From contig OY762721.1 in assembly GCA_963666345.1 (NCBI GenBank), positions 2,528,001-2,592,000 on the forward strand: a stretch of DNA of 64,000 nucleotides, read 5' to 3'. This stretch comes from Desulfatiglandales bacterium. GTDB taxonomy: Bacteria > Desulfobacterota > DSM-4660 > Desulfatiglandales > Desulfatiglandaceae. The position numbers were made by a program, and so were the translations under genes. This document shows, in pieces, positions 31,030-41,326 of the stretch (positions are counted from its first letter, which is position 1; every line of letters begins with the position of its first letter). The notes under the pieces are model-generated. The model was not told where the DNA came from. It did not search any database and saw nothing but the letters and a program-made list of their open reading frames with translations.

Positions 31030-32262
31030 GTGGAAAATGCTATTAACATCCTTGAGCATAGAGGTTTTGTAGAACAGGTTACCGACAGAAAACTGGTCTC
31101 GGAACTGCTTGATTCACCCTGCTCCTGCTATATCGGATTTGATTCTACCGCAAAGAGCCTTCATGTGGGTCATCTTTTGCCGATCATGTCTCTTGTGCAC
31201 ATGCAGAGCTGCGGACACAGGCCGATTATAGTCATAGGCGGGGGCACGACCCTTATCGGTGATCCGAGCGGCAAGACGGAGTCTCGTCCACTTCTGTCAA
31301 GGGAAGAGATCGACGAGAATGCGGAGGCCCTGAAAAAGCAGCTTTCAAATTTCATAGATTTCAGCGACGGCAAGGCCCTTATGGTCAATAACGCCGACTG
31401 GCTTGTCGATCTTCGGTACATAGAGTTCCTTCGCGACATCGGCAGGCATTTCAGCGTTAACAGGATGCTGGCTGCCGAATCCTACAAGGCGCGGCTTGAA
31501 ACGGGGCTTAATTTCCTGGAGTTCAATTATATGCTTCTGCAGGCCTATGATTTTTGGTTCCTGTTCAAAAATTACGGCTGTCGCCTCCAGATGGGGGGTA
31601 ATGACCAGTGGGGGAATATCCTTGCAGGTGCGGATCTGACCAGGAGGCTTGAGGGGGAGGATATTTACGGCCTTACATTTCCATTACTTACGACCTCCTC
31701 CGGAATTAAGATGGGAAAGACTCATAAGGGTGCCGTATGGTTCGATCCGGAACTTACCTCGCCCTATGAATATTACCAGTTCTGGATAAACCAGGACGAT
31801 AGAGACATCCCTTTTTTTCTATCGATCTTTACGCTTCTGCCGATGGAGGAGATCAACAGGCTAGGCAAATTAAAAGATGAAAAAATAAGGGAGGCAAAAG
31901 AAATCCTTGCCTATGAGGCCACAAGCCTCTGCCATGGAAAGGAAAATGCCGACAGGGCGCGTGAGGCTTCAAAACGGCTCTTCGGGAAAAACAGTGAAGA
32001 TTTCGCAGATGGCGCTCCCAACTATGAGCTGGATGGAGGGGAGCTTGAGCAGGGCATCCCAGCCTATATCCTTTTTGAGAAGACCGGCCTCAGAAAGACC
32101 AGAAGTGAGGCCAGGAGGCTTATTTCTCAGGGAGGGGGTTATCTTAACGGAACGAAGATAGAGTCCTATGATCAGATTATAGGAGTTGACAATCTGGTAG
32201 ACGGCTCAATGCTCTTAAGGGCGGGGAAAAAGAAATATATGCGTATTATGCGGAGCAGTTAG
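31030..32262 (+). CDS. tyrS: tyrosine--tRNA ligase
   Basis: YIGFDSTAKSLHVGH, QAYDF, GGNDQWGN, KMGKT, S4 domain; GTG start at 31030 assumed. Confidence 0.97.
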   Translation: MENAINILEHRGFVEQVTDRKLVSELLDSPCSCYIGFDSTAKSLHVGHLLPIMSLVHMQSCGHRPIIVIGGGTTLIGDPSGKTESRPLLSREEIDENAEALKKQLSNFIDFSDGKALMVNNADWLVDLRYIEFLRDIGRHFSVNRMLAAESYKARLETGLNFLEFNYMLLQAYDFWFLFKNYGCRLQMGGNDQWGNILAGADLTRRLEGEDIYGLTFPLLTTSSGIKMGKTHKGAVWFDPELTSPYEYYQFWINQDDRDIPFFLSIFTLLPMEEINRLGKLKDEKIREAKEILAYEATSLCHGKENADRAREASKRLFGKNSEDFADGAPNYELDGGELEQGIPAYILFEKTGLRKTRSEARRLISQGGGYLNGTKIESYDQIIGVDNLVDGSMLLRAGKKKYMRIMRSS

Positions 32263-32363
32263 ATTCCGTCCGAGACGGGACGGTCCGACTTTTACCAGGT
32301 TGTTATTAACCGGACGTGGAAATCGGGAAAAAGTGAATCTGAGATGCGGGTGAAGACCTTATT

Positions 32364-33329
32364 ATGAAAAAAGCTAAAGATATGGAAAAGACGGATCTGA
32401 GCGGAAAAGAGAAAAAATCCGGAAGGCTTTATCCCACAACCTCCGCAGATGCGAAAGAAAAATCTCTTGTTCCTTATGATCCTCTCCAGATGTATCTGAT
32501 GGAGATAAAACAGTACAATCTTCTTACAAGGGAAGAAGAAACGGAACTTGCCACCCGTGTCAGGGAAAACAATGATGAAAAGGCCGCTTACAGGCTCGTT
32601 ACATCCAACCTCAGGCTGGTTGTCAAGATTGCAATGGATTTTCATCGGTATTGGACCAAAAATCTGCTGGATCTTATTCAGGAAGGCAATCTGGGATTGC
32701 TGCAGGCTGTAAAAAAATTCGATCCCTACAGGGGAATAAAGTTTTCCTATTATGCCTCATTCTGGATCAAGGCATATATGCTCAAGTTTATCATGGATAA
32801 TTGGAAGCTGGTAAAGATCGGAACAACCCAGAGCCAGAGAAAACTATTCTTCAATCTGGCAAAGGAAAGGGACAAGCTTATTGCCCAGGGTTTTGAACCG
32901 GAACCGAGGCTTCTGGCTGAACGGCTTGATGTCAAGGAGGAAGAGGTAGTTGAGATGAGCCAGCGACTGGGAGGCTGGGAGATATCTCTTAGTGCGCCCG
33001 TTGGAGATGAATCGAGGGAATCCTATGAGGCCCTTCTGCCCGATCCGGGGATCGGCGTTGACGAGCTGCTCTCCGACCATCAGAGCTCCAAGATACTCAA
33101 AGACAGCCTTAAGGAATTCAGGAAAACCCTTTCAGGAAAAGAGGCGGAGATATTCGACAAAAGGATTATGGCAGAAAAACCGGTTACGCTTCAGGATCTT
33201 GGAGATAAGTATAGTATCTCAAGGGAAAGGGTCAGACAAATTCAGGAAAAGACCGTGAAAAACATCAAAAAATATCTGAAAGAGCAGATCCCCAATTTTG
33301 AAGAGGAGTATTACAAGTTTCTAAAGTGA
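32364..33329 (+). CDS. rpoH: RNA polymerase sigma-32 factor
   Basis: SNLRLVVKIA, DLIQEGN, RpoH box QRKLFFNL, ISRERVRQI. Confidence 0.92.
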   Translation: MKKAKDMEKTDLSGKEKKSGRLYPTTSADAKEKSLVPYDPLQMYLMEIKQYNLLTREEETELATRVRENNDEKAAYRLVTSNLRLVVKIAMDFHRYWTKNLLDLIQEGNLGLLQAVKKFDPYRGIKFSYYASFWIKAYMLKFIMDNWKLVKIGTTQSQRKLFFNLAKERDKLIAQGFEPEPRLLAERLDVKEEEVVEMSQRLGGWEISLSAPVGDESRESYEALLPDPGIGVDELLSDHQSSKILKDSLKEFRKTLSGKEAEIFDKRIMAEKPVTLQDLGDKYSISRERVRQIQEKTVKNIKKYLKEQIPNFEEEYYKFLK

Positions 33330-33550
33330 CAGGGATAGGAAAGGCTGTCTGCTGTTTTTTTGTTGATGTGCTTATCTTCCAAGACCGTTCAGACTGCCAA
33401 GCAGAGATATCCATGCGATGCTGGTACTTTTGTGTATCGGCATTTTTTTCAACGAGAAAAAAGGGTTAAGGGGTAAATCAATACCCGGTCCTTTGGGCCG
33501 GTCTTAATCCGAAGAGCCTATACAAAACAGGAACTATCCCGGTTTATAAA

Positions 33551-35344
33551 ATGTATGCATACTATCTGAAAAAGAGATGGAAATTTCCAAAGACCTTTGA
33601 GGGCCTTGGGACGAAATTGTCCATTTTTATTGCCCTTTTGGGCATGGTGTCGTGCTCTCATTATGAGGCCCGATTTCCGGAGGCCCACGAAACCGTCTTT
33701 TCAGCGGAGAAGGAAGTCGCGGAAGATCAGGAAAAGGACTCGGTTCAGGAAGCCTACCGCTATTTCGCACTTTCCTCATTCGCGATAAGCCATGGCGATT
33801 ATGAGCAGGCCAAGAAGTTTCTTGAGGGTGCGCTTGAACAGGATCCCGATTCCCTTTTCCTCTGCAAGAGGATGGCCCTTATTTTGAAGAGACTCAAAAA
33901 ATATGAAAAGGCTCTGGACTATGCCCTTCGCTCCGCGGCAATCAATCCCAGTGATGAGAAAAGCCTTGTATTAGTGGCGGATCTGTACGCGTTGAAGGGG
34001 GAGGAGGGCCTTGCCATGGATTATTATGAGAAGGCCCTGGTTCTTGAGCCGGATGACCAGAGGGTGCGGCTGCAGCTGAGCACCATTCTTATGAAAAACG
34101 ATCGGTATCCCGAGGCGCTGCAGCAACTTGAAAAGGTTGCCGATGCGGGGCCTCAGCAGATCCTGGCGCATTATTACCGCGGAAGAATCTTTCTTTCCAC
34201 AAAGAGATTCGAAGAGGCGGAGAAGGCGTTTCTTGAATCTCTCGAGCTTGACAGGGCTTTTGAGCCGGCACTCTTTGATCTTGGAACCCTCTACCAGATT
34301 ATCGCCAGAGACGATGATGCCGTAAAGGTGTATGAAAGGCTTCTGGGATACCATCCTGATAATATACCTGCAAGAGAGAGGCTGATAGATCTCTATTTCA
34401 AGCTGGCTAGGATGGAAAAGGCCTTAAGGCATATGGAGCTCTTGAAAAAACAATCCGAGCCCGGGGACCCTGAAAGAAAAGCCTTGGGCCTTATCTACCT
34501 GAGACATGGTAAAATAGATGAATCGATCGAAGAGCTGGGCCTTGCGGTTGCAGTGAATCCGAAGGATTTTAAATCAAGGCATTTTCTCGCGACGGCCTAT
34601 GAGACCGGAGGAAACAATAACAAGGCCCTGGAGCACTTCAGGCTTATAGAACAGGAATCTGAATACTATATCGAGGCCCAGCTTCACATAGCCTATATCC
34701 TGGATGAAGAGGATAAGACCCGGGAGGCCATAGAGATCCTTGACAAGGCCCTTGCGCTTGAAAGAGAGAGGATCGAGATCTACCGGATGCTGTCCGCTCT
34801 GTACGAGTCCGAAAAAAATTATGACAAGGCCATGGAGATTATCGGAAAGGGGCTGAAGATTGATGGTGAAAATATCGCCCTTATTTTCAGGCTTGGCGTG
34901 GTGTTGGACAAAAGGGGCGATAAGGAAAAGGCATTGGATCAGATGAAGAGAATCCTTGAGATCAATCCGGATCACGCGGAATCACTTAATTACATAGGCT
35001 ATACGTATGCGGATCAGGGCATAAGGCTTGATGAGGCCAAGGTGCTTATTGAAAAGGCACTAAGGATAAAACCTGACAGCGGTTATATCCTGGACAGCCT
35101 CGGGTGGGTCTATTTTAAGAAAGGCCAATATGGTGAAGCGGTAAGATACCTTGAGAAGGCTATAGGCATTAATCCCGAAGACCCCACAATAAATGAGCAT
35201 CTGGGAGATGCCTACCTGGAGATGAAAAGTTATGCCAGGGCCCTTGAACGATACAGGAAGGCCTTTTCTCTGAATAAAGAGGGAAAGGGGAATATAAAGG
35301 CAAAAATATTAAGGGTGGAAAGGTTTTTAAACGTTACAAATTGA
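33551..35344 (+). CDS. tetratricopeptide repeat lipoprotein
   Basis: MVSC lipobox, many TPRs, LNYIGYTYAD and DSLGWVYF motifs. Confidence 0.9.
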   Translation: MYAYYLKKRWKFPKTFEGLGTKLSIFIALLGMVSCSHYEARFPEAHETVFSAEKEVAEDQEKDSVQEAYRYFALSSFAISHGDYEQAKKFLEGALEQDPDSLFLCKRMALILKRLKKYEKALDYALRSAAINPSDEKSLVLVADLYALKGEEGLAMDYYEKALVLEPDDQRVRLQLSTILMKNDRYPEALQQLEKVADAGPQQILAHYYRGRIFLSTKRFEEAEKAFLESLELDRAFEPALFDLGTLYQIIARDDDAVKVYERLLGYHPDNIPARERLIDLYFKLARMEKALRHMELLKKQSEPGDPERKALGLIYLRHGKIDESIEELGLAVAVNPKDFKSRHFLATAYETGGNNNKALEHFRLIEQESEYYIEAQLHIAYILDEEDKTREAIEILDKALALERERIEIYRMLSALYESEKNYDKAMEIIGKGLKIDGENIALIFRLGVVLDKRGDKEKALDQMKRILEINPDHAESLNYIGYTYADQGIRLDEAKVLIEKALRIKPDSGYILDSLGWVYFKKGQYGEAVRYLEKAIGINPEDPTINEHLGDAYLEMKSYARALERYRKAFSLNKEGKGNIKAKILRVERFLNVTN

Positions 35345-36153
35345 AAATTCCCTCCAAAGATCGTCCGGCTCCGGTTATCCTTCTGGGGATCCTTCTTTTG
35401 GCAGCTCAATATTGTGCGCCCATGCCTCATAGGATTTCTGAATCCTTTGATAAAAGGGATGTCGCTGGCATTGTTTCAGCCTTTAAAGATCAGGAAACAA
35501 TGGTGGATTCATTCGTTTCGACAGGCAGACTGGAGGTGGAAGATGAAACATCCAGATGGGGTTTTGACGCCCTCATAATAGGAGAAAGAAACCCGCTCAG
35601 GATAAAAATCGAGGTTACCCACGCCTGGGGCAGGCCTGTGGTTCATTGCCTTATAAGCGAGGATAAGATGCTCGTCCTTTATTTCCCGGATAAGACAATC
35701 TATTCCGGAAGGCCCGGTCGGCCTTCATCAAGCCCCTTTTTCTTTGACCGCATGGAGTTGTCTCAGCTATGGGGCCTTTTGCGAGGGTTTCCGGTGCTTC
35801 CGAAGGGTGCCTTGTCCTTTATTTCGGAAGGGCCAGGGATCATACCTCTGGATAAAGAGGGGAGGGCGCTCCAGCGTATAAAAATCGATGCTGAGACTCT
35901 GGTTCCCCGATCGGTCAATGATGAAGCCTTGGGACTTGAGACCGTCTATCCCGGATTTGAAGATCGCAAGGGCATCCTGTATGCGGAAAAAAGATGGTTA
36001 AAGGATCTCAAAAACAACAATAAAATCAGATTGAGTTCAAAAAAAATATCTTTCAATCAACCTCTGCCTGAAGCTGTTTTTGATCTGAAAATCCCTCACG
36101 ATTTTAGAGAGATGCCGCTTGACAGGCTTGACAGGTTTTCTCCTTTCAAATAG
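35341..36153 (+). CDS. LolB-like/DUF4292-type putative lipoprotein
   Basis: Signal with Cys; overlaps TPR gene stop, typical TPR-LolB-like pairing. Confidence 0.55.
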   Translation: MKIPSKDRPAPVILLGILLLAAQYCAPMPHRISESFDKRDVAGIVSAFKDQETMVDSFVSTGRLEVEDETSRWGFDALIIGERNPLRIKIEVTHAWGRPVVHCLISEDKMLVLYFPDKTIYSGRPGRPSSSPFFFDRMELSQLWGLLRGFPVLPKGALSFISEGPGIIPLDKEGRALQRIKIDAETLVPRSVNDEALGLETVYPGFEDRKGILYAEKRWLKDLKNNNKIRLSSKKISFNQPLPEAVFDLKIPHDFREMPLDRLDRFSPFK

Positions 36154-36182
36154 AACTCCTAAATGTTATTAAAAAGGGGCTG

Positions 36183-36292
36183 TTTCCCGATCAGTTGAAG
36201 CTGATCAGGTAAGTTAAGTGAGCATCTGCAACTGAGTAGATGTGCCCTTTGAGGATCTAATACTTGGAATTTTTTCCTGTTAGATCGGGAAA
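36183..36292. repeat. small 110 bp element bounded by perfect 10 bp inverted repeats
   Basis: tttcccgatc (36183-36192) / gatcgggaaa (36283-36292); internal 20-mer 18/20 identical to 14958-14977. Confidence 0.45.
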
Positions 36293-36387
36293 AACCTTAA
36301 GCAAATGAATTTGACCAAATCGGCCTTTTACGCATCCTGATTATGAAATTATCCACCATAGTAATGAAATCCAGGTATTTTTATTAG

Positions 36388-38205
36388 ATGATAGATCGAA
36401 TCCTCGGCAAGGGTATTGCCACCTATGTAAAACGGCACCGTGGGCTGGTGGTGTGCGCACTTTTTCTGACCGCTGTGGCCTCACTTTTTGTCGTCATTCC
36501 TGCCTATCTTCTCCAGCCCTTTGTCGACGCCGGAATGAAGAGCGGTACCGATCCGGTCTCCTGGAAGGTCCCCTGGATAACCTTTGAGTCGGGTTCCTGG
36601 CTTTCCTGGCAGAAAACCGAAAAGGTTATAGTTGACAACATATCGCCAAACCGGCTCCTTGTAATTTTGACCGGAGTGGCCTTCGTGTCCGTCTTCATAA
36701 AATCGATTGCCGTCTATTTGAGCGGCCTTGCGGCCGCCGCGCTATCCAACAGGGCGGTTCTTTCTTTGAGGGTTGATCTTTACAGAAAATTTATTTCCCT
36801 GCCTCTCAGTTTTCATAACAGGGAAAAATCAGGGGAACTGCTTGCTAGGGCCACGGCCGACCTGACGGTAATGCAGGGCCTCATTGCCAATGTGATAATC
36901 GGCCTTATCGAACACCCGCTCACGGCAGTGGTCTTTCTCTGTTTCCTGCTGATCATGAACTACAAATTGACTCTTCTCGTGGTTTTTGTGGTTCCCGTTA
37001 TTATCGGCCTGGTAAGGCTTTTCGGTCGAAAGGTCAAAAAGCATGCGATAATATTGCAGGATGATACGGCAAGGGTCACCGGCGCTTATGAAGAGACCCT
37101 TGTCTGCCTTAAGATCATTCAGGGTTTCTTCACGGGGAAACAGGAAGTGGAAAGATTTGAGCTCCTCACCAAACAGCTCTACAAGACCGTTATGAGATGG
37201 AACAGATGGTTCCTAGGCCTCGGGCCGATGATGGATTCCACTGTATTTCTTGTCCTGCCCGCCGTATTGATTGCAGGAAAAATATATTTCAACCATTCCC
37301 TTGGAGAACTTATGGCCATGATTTATGCCTTTTCCAAGGTGTATAGCCCCATAAAGAAACTGGCCCTTGTCAATAACAATCTGAAGACTCTTCAGGGCGC
37401 GACAAACAGGGTGTTCGGGATAATGGGTACCGTGCCGGCGATTCAGGATCCTCCCTCTGCGGTTGAGCTTCCCAGACATAATAAATCCATTGAATTCAAG
37501 GAGGTGTCTTTCGGATACTCCCCTGATGATATGATTCTTGAAAATATTTCCTTCAGGGCGAAAGCCGGCGAGATGGTGGCATTTGTGGGGGCTACCGGTG
37601 CCGGCAAGAGCACTCTTCTGGATCTCGTGCCCCGTTTCTATGATGTCACGGACGGCAGCATAGAAATCGACGGTGTGGATATCCGAAACGGTACGATTGA
37701 GTCTTTGAGGACCCAGATAGGCATAGTAAATCAGGAGGTGCTGCTCTTTAACGACACAATCGCGAACAATATTTCATATGGGGCCAGAGGGAAAGGCTTT
37801 GAAGAGATAGTCTCCGCTGCAAAGGCCGCGCATGCTCATGGATTCATAACCGCCCAGCCGAAGGGGTATGAGACGGTCGTGGGGGACAGGGGTTCCCTGC
37901 TTTCAGGGGGCCAGAGGCAGAGGATTGCGATCGCTAGGGCGATCCTTGTTGATCCTTCCATCCTGATCCTTGACGAGGCGGCCTCAGCCCTTGATACGAA
38001 AAGCGAAAGGCTTGTTCAGGAGGCACTTGAAAAGCTTAAAGGAGGACCCACCATACTTACCGTGGCCCACAGGCTTAGTACAATCGCCAAGGCGAACAGG
38101 ATATATGTGCTGGAAAAGGGGAGGATCGTTGAATCCGGATCAAGGGAAGAACTGCTGGCTCTGGGCGGGCGGTTCAAGATGCTGTATGACATGCAGTTCA
38201 GCTGA
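36388..38205 (+). CDS. msbA: MsbA-like ABC transporter (TMD+NBD)
   Basis: GATGAGKS, LSGGQRQR, ILDEA, AHRLST; heads LPS locus. Confidence 0.8.
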   Translation: MIDRILGKGIATYVKRHRGLVVCALFLTAVASLFVVIPAYLLQPFVDAGMKSGTDPVSWKVPWITFESGSWLSWQKTEKVIVDNISPNRLLVILTGVAFVSVFIKSIAVYLSGLAAAALSNRAVLSLRVDLYRKFISLPLSFHNREKSGELLARATADLTVMQGLIANVIIGLIEHPLTAVVFLCFLLIMNYKLTLLVVFVVPVIIGLVRLFGRKVKKHAIILQDDTARVTGAYEETLVCLKIIQGFFTGKQEVERFELLTKQLYKTVMRWNRWFLGLGPMMDSTVFLVLPAVLIAGKIYFNHSLGELMAMIYAFSKVYSPIKKLALVNNNLKTLQGATNRVFGIMGTVPAIQDPPSAVELPRHNKSIEFKEVSFGYSPDDMILENISFRAKAGEMVAFVGATGAGKSTLLDLVPRFYDVTDGSIEIDGVDIRNGTIESLRTQIGIVNQEVLLFNDTIANNISYGARGKGFEEIVSAAKAAHAHGFITAQPKGYETVVGDRGSLLSGGQRQRIAIARAILVDPSILILDEAASALDTKSERLVQEALEKLKGGPTILTVAHRLSTIAKANRIYVLEKGRIVESGSREELLALGGRFKMLYDMQFS

Positions 38206-38469
38206 TTTCCCGCCGGGACCGGGCACGTTCCCGGAGGGTTCAAGATTCAAGGCCCGTCCTGTCGCGACACGGTGATTGATTGATAAACAGGCGGAGCTTC
38301 ATGGTGATGATAGTCTATTGAGAATATGGCAATGTTTATCGGTCCGGGCCATGGGTTAGGGCGAAATGCAAAAGATTACAAAGATTTTAAGTTATGGCGG
38401 AAGTAACAGGGCCTCTGCGTGGAGATATGGAATAACGGTAAAATCATCAAAGAAAGATAAGAAACAATA

Positions 38470-39396
38470 ATGGAAGTTGAGATTTCACTTGTAATAGTAA
38501 ACTGGAACACAAAAGATCTTTTGATGGAGTGCCTCACTTCTGTTTTTGAAACCATCAGGGGAATCCCCTTTGAGGTGTGGGTGGTGGACAATGGCTCGGT
38601 TGATGGCAGTGTCTCTGCCGTGCGGAAAAAATTCCCCCAGGTATCCATTTTAGAAAACGGCAGAAATCTCGGTTTTGCGGTTGCGAACAACCGGGCATTT
38701 GAAAAGATGAACGGCCGGTATGCGGTTCTTCTGAATACGGATGCGGTTCTTACCGAAGGTGCTGTGGAAAAACTGCATGGTTTCATGGAAAAAACCCCTG
38801 AGGCTGCGATGGCATGCGGCCAGCTCCTAAACAGAGACGGCTCCAAGCAGAATTCCTTTGCCAATTTCCCTGCCCTTACCGCCCTGCTTGCCAATGAGAC
38901 CCTTCTGAGGATTTTTTTCCCTGAAAAATTTCCCAGCAAGAGAAGAGATTACAAGGAACCGATTGAAGTGGATTCCTGTGTTGGCGCCTGCATGATGGTG
39001 AGAAAAGAGGCGATGGACAAGGTGGGTCTGTTTGACGAGGATTATTTTTTCTTTTTTGAGGAGACAGACTGGGCCTACCGGATGAAGCAGGCGGACTGGA
39101 AGGTCTTTTTCGTGCCGTCTTCCTTTATATATCATCTGCAGGGGAAAAGTGCCGGGGTAAAGGCCTCGGCAAGGATCATGTTTTACCGCTCAAGGTATAT
39201 ATATTTTTCAAAGTGGCGGCCGAAGGATTTTATCACCGTTCATATTATCCTTTTTTTCAGACTTCTTGTTAATTTCATTTTAAACTTGGCAGGTTTAGCG
39301 GTAACCCTCGGCTTTAGCAGGCGGATAAAAACAAGGCTGTCCGTCTACACGCAATTGCTCCTCTGGCATCTGTCCGGCTGTCCGGACAACAGATAG
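38470..39396 (+). CDS. glycosyltransferase family 2
   Basis: VIVNWN, VVDNGSVDGS, NLGFA, LNTD, FEETDW. Confidence 0.92.
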   Translation: MEVEISLVIVNWNTKDLLMECLTSVFETIRGIPFEVWVVDNGSVDGSVSAVRKKFPQVSILENGRNLGFAVANNRAFEKMNGRYAVLLNTDAVLTEGAVEKLHGFMEKTPEAAMACGQLLNRDGSKQNSFANFPALTALLANETLLRIFFPEKFPSKRRDYKEPIEVDSCVGACMMVRKEAMDKVGLFDEDYFFFFEETDWAYRMKQADWKVFFVPSSFIYHLQGKSAGVKASARIMFYRSRYIYFSKWRPKDFITVHIILFFRLLVNFILNLAGLAVTLGFSRRIKTRLSVYTQLLLWHLSGCPDNR

Positions 39397-39408
39397 GTAT
39401 TTTTTTAA

Positions 39409-40512
39409 ATGATTATAAAGGGTAAAGCCTCATTATTCGTTAAACCTAAAGCGATTCTGCTTATACAGCTGGGTGATATCGGGGATGTAATAGTATCCGT
39501 TCCATGCATAAGGGCCCTTAAGGAATGTTTCCCCAACGCGGTAATCGTTGTTGCCGTAAGGGATAAGGCGGCTGGATTGATCCGGGACCTGCCCTGGGTG
39601 GACGAGGCGATCAGTGTAGAGAAAAAGGGCCGTCACCTTATAGAAGCGATAATATATCAGATCCGGTTTTTTACCCATCTGAGGAATCTGCATCTTGATC
39701 TTGCAATAGACCTTCGGATGGGTACACGGGGCGGCATAATGGTGTTTCTGTCAGGGGCTTCTGAGAGAATAGGAGTATACGATTCAAGGGGCACGTTTCG
39801 AAACAGGTTTTTCACCCATCTCTGCCTTCCGGAGGTAATGCCTGGCCGGCATATGGCCAAACATTGTCTGGGCCTTCTGGAACAATACGGCATTTCAACC
39901 GAGGATGAACGGCCCGAACTGGTCGTGAGCGATGAATGTGCCGGAAGGGTTCGCCAATTGCTTGCCGGTGAGGGAGTCTCGGAAGATGAAACTTTAATCG
40001 CGGTTCAGCCCTTTTCTCTGTGGGCCTACAAGGACTGGGGGATTTCAAAGTATGCGGGGCTTATCGAATGGATCAGATCAAGGTATGGGGTTCCGGTCCT
40101 GATTACCGGGTCTGAATCGGAAAGAGAGCAGTCGGATGTGATTTGCGCTAAAACCGGAGGCCGTGTGTATAATATGGCGGGGAAAACCTCTATCGGGGAG
40201 TTGGCCGGCCTTTTGAAGTGCTGTGGCCTTTTCATAGGAGGTGACAGCGCGGGTCTTCATATCGCGGCTGCAGTAGGGACCCCCACAGTGGGGATATACG
40301 GGCCCTCTTCTTCCGAGGCGTGGGCGCCCAGGGGTGAAAAACATTGTGTTGTCAGCAAGGATATGCCGTGCATGCCCTGCAGCCGGAAAGGTTGCAGTGA
40401 CAGCGGAATCAGCCGATGCATGGAGGAGCTTTCCCTGGAAGAGGTCATCGCGGACATTGATGGCCATATTGAGAAACTTCTAGAAGTAAAGAAACGTGAG
40501 ATAAGTCTATGA
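39409..40512 (+). CDS. glycosyltransferase family 9 (heptosyltransferase-like)
   Basis: GDIGDV, GGDSAGLHIAAAVGTPTVGIYGP. Confidence 0.92.
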   Translation: MIIKGKASLFVKPKAILLIQLGDIGDVIVSVPCIRALKECFPNAVIVVAVRDKAAGLIRDLPWVDEAISVEKKGRHLIEAIIYQIRFFTHLRNLHLDLAIDLRMGTRGGIMVFLSGASERIGVYDSRGTFRNRFFTHLCLPEVMPGRHMAKHCLGLLEQYGISTEDERPELVVSDECAGRVRQLLAGEGVSEDETLIAVQPFSLWAYKDWGISKYAGLIEWIRSRYGVPVLITGSESEREQSDVICAKTGGRVYNMAGKTSIGELAGLLKCCGLFIGGDSAGLHIAAAVGTPTVGIYGPSSSEAWAPRGEKHCVVSKDMPCMPCSRKGCSDSGISRCMEELSLEEVIADIDGHIEKLLEVKKREISL

Positions 40513-41321
40513 AAAGTTTTTTCAAAAATATCGCAAGCGCCCTCCTGTATCTTCTGCCATCCGAGATGAGATATGAGATCTGCCGTCACCATGCGAACAA
40601 GGAATTTGCGGAAAACAGGAGTGATTTCAGGAGCAACGGCGAACTATGGTTAATGGAGAAGATCATCCCCGGGGTTTCCACTGTTTTCGATGTGGGGGCC
40701 CATAGGGGCGAATGGGCGTCAGAGGCGTTGAGAATAAACAAAGATATCGAGCTTCATTGTTTTGAGCCGTGCAGCCGTTCCTATTCGGAACTTGAAAAGG
40801 GTGAATTCGGAGAAAAGATCTTTCTCAATAATTTCGGCCTGGGTTCGCAGCAATGTGAAAAGACGATGTATATCTTTGATGGCTCAGGTGAAGGAAATTC
40901 TCTTTTTATCCGTTCCGGGCTTGAATTAAGGAAGGATTATTCTCCGCAGGACAGATCCGAGACCGTGCGGATTGAAACCCTGGACGACTATTGTACGGAT
41001 AAAGGGATAGGTAATATCGATTTTCTGAAAATCGATGTCGAGGGTAATGAACTGGCAGTGATTGAAGGGGCAAAGGGGCTTTTCGGTCATGAGGCTATAG
41101 GGGTTGCTGTCTTTGAATATGGCGGCGCCTATATAGATTCAAGGATACTTCTGAAAGATTTTTTTCAGTTTTTTTCTGAAACCGATTACGACATTTTTCT
41201 CCTGTATCCCGACAAGGTGGCTCCCATACCGATATATGACTGCAGGCTGGAAAATTTTCAGTACAAAAATTTTCTTATCGTCAACAGGGCCATAACAGAG
41301 AAAATAGGCATTTTCAGCTGA
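40509..41321 (+). CDS. FkbM family methyltransferase
   Basis: FDVGAHRGEW, CFEP, LKIDVEGNE. Confidence 0.9.
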   Translation: MKSFFKNIASALLYLLPSEMRYEICRHHANKEFAENRSDFRSNGELWLMEKIIPGVSTVFDVGAHRGEWASEALRINKDIELHCFEPCSRSYSELEKGEFGEKIFLNNFGLGSQQCEKTMYIFDGSGEGNSLFIRSGLELRKDYSPQDRSETVRIETLDDYCTDKGIGNIDFLKIDVEGNELAVIEGAKGLFGHEAIGVAVFEYGGAYIDSRILLKDFFQFFSETDYDIFLLYPDKVAPIPIYDCRLENFQYKNFLIVNRAITEKIGIFS

Positions 41322-41326
41322 TTCAA

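Noticed and set aside
36154..36387. Expected ispE/tRNA-Gln after the TPR-LolB-like pair
   Set aside because: No tRNA fold or ispE remnant seen; synteny difference alone is not informative
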